A DNA stretch of 32,000 nucleotides from an uncultured Nitrososphaerota archaeon. Its GTDB lineage: Archaea; Korarchaeota; Korarchaeia; Korarchaeales; Korarchaeaceae. The stretch covers positions 34,364-66,363 of the forward strand of contig CAYZRF010000009.1 of assembly GCA_964480775.1 (NCBI GenBank), in the 5' to 3' direction. Numbering within the stretch: the first letter of the stretch is position 1; every line of letters begins with the position of its first letter. Of this stretch, positions 27,524 to 32,000 are shown piece by piece. The notes under the pieces were generated by a model that was not told the DNA's origin, did no database searches, and saw only the letters and a list, made by a program, of their open reading frames with translations. The position numbers were made by a program, and so were the translations under genes.

Positions 27524-27781
27524 TCAAGGCATGTCCCGATTTAACTTGAGCTTGAGTTCTTCCAGTCTAACAAACAGCTCCACTATTGCGCTCATCATCA
27601 AAACCTCTCTTGCATCGGCTGGAGGATCAACTGAGTACGCATCCAACAACCTGTTAGCGGAAGTTATTAGCTCCTTAAGGGCTTTTTTGGTATGTGGATC
27701 TCTCTCAACTCTAGCTATCTTCTCAATTCTCTCAATCTCTCGTCTTAAAGCCATTCGGAGAGTAGGTGCTGACCTTCCCAT
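27524..27781 (-). CDS. Small (85 aa) charged alpha-helical protein, unknown function
   Basis: The K/E/R/L-rich composition is typical of real thermophile proteins, while the opposite-strand ORF is S/L-rich shadow. It overlaps the stop of the upstream RadA-paralog gene (by 37 nt, or by 10 nt if Met10 at 27754 is the start), which implies co-transcription. Confidence 0.55.
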   Translation of the reverse strand: MGRSAPTLRMALRREIERIEKIARVERDPHTKKALKELITSANRLLDAYSVDPPADAREVLMMSAIVELFVRLEELKLKLNRDMP

Positions 27782-28515
27782 TTCAAACCCTCCAGTTCTC
27801 TCTTCTTTATCAGAGCTAAGGCAGGAGGAAGTGAGGGGTGCTTCACTAGCCTGATCTTAACGGTTCCTCTTCCACCTATGGGGTCCAGTCTTACGAGTAT
27901 GTGCACAGAATGGGCATGATAGTTCCCACCCTGGGGAGAAAACCTATCCTCTATGGGCCTATTGAATACGATTACGGTTCTATCATTAGAGGGCAACTTC
28001 ATGAGCCAAGTAAGCCTTGAAGCACTCTGTAAATCGCGGAATTCAACGTGCAAGTAAGGATCAAACACTAAGAGGAATTCAGAATTCTCTTTAACTGCAG
28101 AGTTAACAAGTTCTAAAGCATCCTCAAACTTAAACGCTCTAGCGATCTTGAGGTTGCTATCTACTAGACTCCAAGAGACAGATAATCTTTCAGCCATTGT
28201 TTTTAGGAGGTATGGATCCAGCCCACCAAACTCCTGGATATAGAGCAAGAGCGTCTTTCCTTTTTCTGCTGATAAAACCGCAAGCCGATGGCATAAGAGC
28301 GATAAAAGCTCGTTATCTGGAGAGTAAAATTCTGTAAGTGAATTTTCTTCTATACCTCCCCCAAGTAAATTATCTAGTGCTCCTATTCTAGTGGATAAGG
28401 CTATCCCCCGGCATGTCACTTGGGCTAACATAACCCAGAGTGCGCTAGCAATCACCGTTGAAAAAGACTGAGGAACTTTTTGTAAGTACAGAGATATCAG
28501 AGAAAAGTTTTCCAT
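27745..28515 (-). CDS. RadA/RadB-like recombinase paralog with the Walker A P-loop destroyed
   Basis: LSTRIGALDNLLGGGIEENSLTEFYSPDNELLSLLCHRLAV aligns without gaps to the RadA consensus ISTGS.[34 protein letters not shown]. The equivalent of GEFGSGKTQ is SPDNELLSL (complement of roughly 28297-28323). A Walker-B-like LLVFDP, GGNYHAHSVHILVRL and VKHPSLPP (equivalent to DSPHLPE) are retained. Met29 (28431) is an alternative start. Confidence 0.7.
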   Translation of the reverse strand: MENFSLISLYLQKVPQSFSTVIASALWVMLAQVTCRGIALSTRIGALDNLLGGGIEENSLTEFYSPDNELLSLLCHRLAVLSAEKGKTLLLYIQEFGGLDPYLLKTMAERLSVSWSLVDSNLKIARAFKFEDALELVNSAVKENSEFLLVFDPYLHVEFRDLQSASRLTWLMKLPSNDRTVIVFNRPIEDRFSPQGGNYHAHSVHILVRLDPIGGRGTVKIRLVKHPSLPPALALIKKRELEGLKWEGQHLLSEWL

Positions 28516-28551
28516 AAAGATTTTTTAAGTTACTCTAGTGTCCATTATTTA

Positions 28552-28568
28552 CCATTAAATACAAAATA
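28552..28568 (+). promoter_or_regulatory. TATA-like box of polB, in the 67-bp divergent gap shared with the RadA paralog
   Basis: ccattaaatacaaaata is centred about 25-31 nt upstream of TTG 28583 / ATG 28589. On the other strand, gtaaataatgg (complement of 28542-28552) sits about 27-37 nt upstream of ATG 28515. Confidence 0.4.
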
Positions 28569-28582
28569 CCTCACATTGAGGT

Positions 28583-30637
28583 TTGATTATGCTGGAAGGA
28601 TGGTTTCTGGACGCAGAGCTGACGAGGGACTTGGTATCGGTGAAGCTTGTCTCTGACTCCAGTGAAATCATTAAAGCTGAGATACCTTGGTCTGAAAGGC
28701 TGTATCTAACCCCGAAGAACGGATTTTGTCTAGAAGAGTTGGTAAATGTACTCAATCAGGCAAATGGAGTTAAGAGACTAAATGTTGAAAGGTGGTACCT
28801 TCCTCCTCGCTATAAAAAGGAAGCTAGTGTCCTAGTAGCTGAAATCAAGCCCTCTGAGTCAAAGAAAATTCTCAAATATCTCAAGGAAAGCGGGGTAGCA
28901 GAAATATGGAATCTATTCCCCTCAAGAATCCAGAGGGCATTGAAAAGCCTAGGAATTACAGCTTCATCATACATTTGTATAGAAAAAAGCGCAGTTAAAC
29001 TATTGGAGGAACCAGACTCCCTAGAGTACTCTTTGCCTGAGCTTCGACCTCTATGGCTAAGATTTGAGGGTTGGGTTGGAAGACCAAACAAGCCATCTTG
29101 GCATGCCATCGACAGGATTGTCTTGGAATCAGATAGCTGGTCAAGAGTTATTCCTGTAAGTAGGATGGAGGAAGTTATTGATCTGTTGGTGGATCTGAGT
29201 CCACACTTGCTTATTTTCGAGGGAAAGGGTTGGAGAAGGTTAATGGAGGAAGTACCTGGTTTCAAAGCAGCCGTAGATGCCACGAAGCTCGTGGTTCTAG
29301 ACAAACCTCCTCCTTTAGATGTGGACCTGCTTGGACTTATCGAGTGGAGCAGATTATCTGCGATTCCCCTGAGGATAGCTGTTTCTACATCAATAGGGAA
29401 GGTTCTCACGAGTATTGAGGCATTTAAAGCTCTTGAATGGAGATATCTGGTACCGGAAGTAAGGGTAACGATCGAAGGCTGGAAGAGTCCTAGCGAGCTT
29501 TTGAGGGCAGACAGAGGAGGGGTTGTTCTAACCCCTAGGCCAGGAATCTACTGGGATGTTGTCCAGATTGACTTCAACTCGTTGTTCCCTTCGATAATGG
29601 CAAAGAATAACATAAGCCCAGAAACTGTCAACGATCTTGAATGTTCGGGCCCCAAGTTAGAGGTTCCGGAAGTAGGACACACGATTTGCCTCGGACGCAG
29701 AGGGCTTGTGGCTGAAGTGGTGGGCAAGCTAGTTGAGAGAAGAGCACAATTGAAGGCATTGGCCAGGTCTGCTTCATCAGACGAAATCGGGAGGTATGAT
29801 TCAGCCCAAAAAGCAATTAAATGGATCCTTGTTGCCTGCTTTGGTTATCTAGGATATAGAAACGCGAGGTTCGGGAGCATAGAGGCGTATGAATGTGTAA
29901 CTGCCCTTGCGAGGGATATAATGTTCAAATCGATTCGAATAGCTGAAAGGATGGGTTTTAAAGTGCTTCATGCCCTCGTAGACTCTCTTTTTGTCCAAGT
30001 TAGCTCAAAGGACCGAGAAAGTGTCCAAAAGCTTATCAGAACTATGGAAAAGGAGACTGGGTATGATCTCAAGGTGGAGGCCGATTACACCTGGATTGCT
30101 TTTTTCAGCGACGTCTCCGGCATTTCGGGAGTTCCTTCCAGATATCTCGGCAGATTAAGAGAAGGGGGAATTAAAGCTAAGGGCTTAGAACTTTGTAGGA
30201 AGGATGCTCCTCCTCTGATTAAAAGGACGATGGAGAAATGTCTTTTGATGCTATCTCAGGCAACAAGTGAAGCGGAGCTTAAAGAAGCCCTAATAAAGGC
30301 CTTGGGGCTAGTAGAGAAGCGCGAAACTGAGCTTTATTCCGGGCTTGTGGAGGAAAACGAACTGGTTATTGAAAGGAGGATATCTAAACCTCTTGAAAAG
30401 TATTGCAAGAGAGTATCGCATGTTTTAGTCGCTAAGAGACTTGCTTCAGTTTCAGAAAGGGTAAGATACATAGAGTCCCAGATTCCTTATCCTGTTGACT
30501 TTGGATTCATGGGTTATTCTGTCGATAAGTATGCCTCTTGGCTTAGAAGGTCCGCAGAACCATTAAGACAGATGTTAAACACGGTTTTTCATGAAAATCA
30601 AGAGCTTCACAATCAAAGCAAATTAATGGCTGAGTAG
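28583..30637 (+). CDS. polB: Family B DNA polymerase with degenerate 3'-5' exonuclease motifs and a variant motif C (PolB2/Dpo2-like)
   Basis: Motif A is DFNSLFPSI (29570-). It is preceded by RGGVVLTPRPG, the equivalent of Y.GG.V..P. Motif B is QKAIKWILVACFGYLGY, versus the consensus QKALKILANSFYGYYGY. Motif C is VLHALVDSLFV, versus VIYGDTDSLFV. KGLELCRKDAPPL is the equivalent of KG.E.VRRDW. Exo I FDIE is replaced by LRFE and Exo II N...FD by EGKGWR. The likely start is ATG 28589. Confidence 0.8.
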   Translation: MIMLEGWFLDAELTRDLVSVKLVSDSSEIIKAEIPWSERLYLTPKNGFCLEELVNVLNQANGVKRLNVERWYLPPRYKKEASVLVAEIKPSESKKILKYLKESGVAEIWNLFPSRIQRALKSLGITASSYICIEKSAVKLLEEPDSLEYSLPELRPLWLRFEGWVGRPNKPSWHAIDRIVLESDSWSRVIPVSRMEEVIDLLVDLSPHLLIFEGKGWRRLMEEVPGFKAAVDATKLVVLDKPPPLDVDLLGLIEWSRLSAIPLRIAVSTSIGKVLTSIEAFKALEWRYLVPEVRVTIEGWKSPSELLRADRGGVVLTPRPGIYWDVVQIDFNSLFPSIMAKNNISPETVNDLECSGPKLEVPEVGHTICLGRRGLVAEVVGKLVERRAQLKALARSASSDEIGRYDSAQKAIKWILVACFGYLGYRNARFGSIEAYECVTALARDIMFKSIRIAERMGFKVLHALVDSLFVQVSSKDRESVQKLIRTMEKETGYDLKVEADYTWIAFFSDVSGISGVPSRYLGRLREGGIKAKGLELCRKDAPPLIKRTMEKCLLMLSQATSEAELKEALIKALGLVEKRETELYSGLVEENELVIERRISKPLEKYCKRVSHVLVAKRLASVSERVRYIESQIPYPVDFGFMGYSVDKYASWLRRSAEPLRQMLNTVFHENQELHNQSKLMAE

Positions 30638-30638
30638 C

Positions 30639-31211
30639 CTATAGGGACTCTATCCATCTTATGAATGGTTCTTTTCTTGGGGGTGGTCTTGGAACCTTTT
30701 CTGGGTATCCTACAGCTATCAAGGCCACAAGTTCCTTGTCTTCAATTCCAAAGAATTCGTTTATTTCCTTAGCTACCCACAAAGGGCCTGTCATCCAGCA
30801 CGTCCCCAAACCTTCTGCGTAAGCCAAGAGCAAAAAATTCTGTATAGCTGCTGAGCAACTTTCTATTGCACCCGTCTGGTATACCGGTTCCTTCAATCGA
30901 TCAGTGTATACTGCTACTATCAAAGGCGCACCACCTAAAGTGGAGAAGAACCATCTCACGAATTCAACATGCCTATCGGAAAAGAGTTCCCTTAGCCTCT
31001 TTTCCAATAAATTGAAAGATTGGCTGCAAATTTCAACGAGTTTCTCTCTCGCCTCTCCAGTAACCACATAGAAATACCAAGGTTGAGTGTTCATGGCTGA
31101 TGGAGCCCAAGTACACTCCCTTAGAATTTTCTCAACAAGATCTTTGGGAACAGGTTTATCTAAGAACCTTCTTATGCTTCTCCTTCCTCTTATAGCATCA
31201 AGAAGTTCCAT
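30639..31211 (-). CDS. Nitroreductase-family FMN oxidoreductase
   Basis: MELLDAIRGRRSIRRF..PSAMNTQPW...GLGTCWM are classic nitroreductase motifs. The start is taken at Met22 of the track ORF (31211); the track ORF extends to 31274. Confidence 0.85.
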   Translation of the reverse strand: MELLDAIRGRRSIRRFLDKPVPKDLVEKILRECTWAPSAMNTQPWYFYVVTGEAREKLVEICSQSFNLLEKRLRELFSDRHVEFVRWFFSTLGGAPLIVAVYTDRLKEPVYQTGAIESCSAAIQNFLLLAYAEGLGTCWMTGPLWVAKEINEFFGIEDKELVALIAVGYPEKVPRPPPRKEPFIRWIESL

Positions 31212-31287
31212 TTTAGCTCGACCGCTATCAATACCTAATTGGAATTTATTAAAGGCAATAAGAGCAAATATCAAGTGCTATCAAACG

Positions 31288-31986
31288 TTAGTGATTTTTC
31301 AACAAGCTTCCGAGACCTTCTAGCTTCTTTTTGACTCCTATCTTCCTCATCATGTACCAGAAAGTTGCCGTGTTGCTCGATATTACTGGTACTCCTAGTT
31401 CTCTTTCAAGCGAGGCTATAACCTCAATTGTCCTGAAGTTTGTGCAGCTAATGAAAATTCCGTGGGTTCCTGAAACATAAACCTCCTTCGCTAGTTTATA
31501 GGCCGATCCTGGATCCATTCTCCCTACCTCAATGTTATCGACCATGCCCAGCCCCTTTATTCTCAAGACTTTTATCCCGTTTTCCTCGATGAACCTTTCC
31601 TCAAGATCGTTTATCTCCTTAGTGTAAGGGGTAGCTACGCACACTCTCTCTACCTGAAGTTTTTTCAAAGCCTTGATAACGGCCCTTGCTGTGGTTATAG
31701 CAGGGATTCCAGTTTTCTCCTTTATTTTTCTCTCTATCTCCACGTCATGATCTTTTCCCCTGAAGAGACTTCCTGAAGTGCAGCCATATCCTATTACATC
31801 TACATTTGCATCCGCCAGACGTAAGGCTGCTTCTAACATCCGCTGCTCCATCTCTTCTAACTCATCCACCGTTATTCTTTTGAGCCTCATCCTTGCGGTG
31901 TGTACTGTTGCCCATCCAAGAGCCATTCTCCAAAACTCAGCTTCCATAGTCGTATTTGAAGAAGGGACAATCAACCCAAGCCTCAT
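31288..31986 (-). CDS. Asp/Glu racemase superfamily protein, maleate isomerase / arylmalonate decarboxylase family
   Basis: LGLIVPSSNTTMEAEF, the first catalytic Cys in GYGCTSGS and the second in FISCTNFRT, then PVISSNTATFW. Both Cys motifs of the maleate cis-trans isomerase family are present. Confidence 0.8.
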   Translation of the reverse strand: MRLGLIVPSSNTTMEAEFWRMALGWATVHTARMRLKRITVDELEEMEQRMLEAALRLADANVDVIGYGCTSGSLFRGKDHDVEIERKIKEKTGIPAITTARAVIKALKKLQVERVCVATPYTKEINDLEERFIEENGIKVLRIKGLGMVDNIEVGRMDPGSAYKLAKEVYVSGTHGIFISCTNFRTIEVIASLERELGVPVISSNTATFWYMMRKIGVKKKLEGLGSLLKNH

Positions 31987-32000
31987 ACTCAGTCAGCAAG

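Noticed and set aside
27531-27854. Plus-strand 107-aa ORF opposite the 85-aa helical protein.
   Set aside because: It has a Ser/Leu-rich shadow composition. The minus-strand reading has protein-like charged helical composition and is coupled to the upstream RadA paralog.

Overview
The window looks like an archaeal chromosomal segment, probably from a thermophilic TACK/Thermoproteota-type organism. Supporting signs, all read by eye: AT-rich TATA-like boxes about 25-35 nt upstream of start codons (leaderless style), frequent GTG/TTG starts, AGA/AGG/ATA-rich codon usage, a bifunctional FBP aldolase/phosphatase, a RadA paralog, a family-B polymerase, and a heavily sequon-decorated surface protein. 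I support 24 protein-coding genes. I saw no rRNA, tRNA, CRISPR array, integrase or transposase.

Left to right:
- a partial ABC ATPase and an MtaD-like amidohydrolase;
- a sugar-type cluster that resembles the E. coli sgc locus: BtpA/SgcQ-family TIM barrel, two PfkB kinases, an orphan PTS EIIA, then a LarA-type racemase homolog;
- OsmC downstream of a three-gene 2-oxoacid dehydrogenase operon (E1 alpha, E1 beta, E2; no E3 in the window);
- PTS HPr and Enzyme I, divergent from that operon;
- a Pyrococcus-type ferredoxin;
- an 8.9-kb gene for a 2968-aa surface protein (signal peptide, about 18 DUF11-type modules, Thr/Pro linker, TM anchor), whose cytoplasmic tail looks like a partly degenerate PIN/DUF3368 domain, followed by a translationally coupled 2-TM protein;
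- FBP aldolase/phosphatase;
- a membrane-anchored HEXXH protein;
- a propeptide-less proteasome-beta/HslV-like Thr hydrolase;
- a divergent cassette: Walker-A-less RadA paralog plus a small helical protein, facing an exonuclease-degenerate PolB;
- a nitroreductase and a maleate-isomerase-family protein.

Best candidates for something undescribed:
1. The RadA-paralog / small protein / PolB2-like cassette, a possible archaeal analogue of the bacterial ImuA-ImuB-DnaE2 mutasome.
2. The giant adhesin-like protein with a cytoplasmic PIN-like tail and a coupled membrane partner.
3. The propeptide-less proteasome-beta homolog.
4. An archaeal EI/HPr/EIIA relay with no permease visible in the window.

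All homology statements come from motif recognition by eye. No searches were run.
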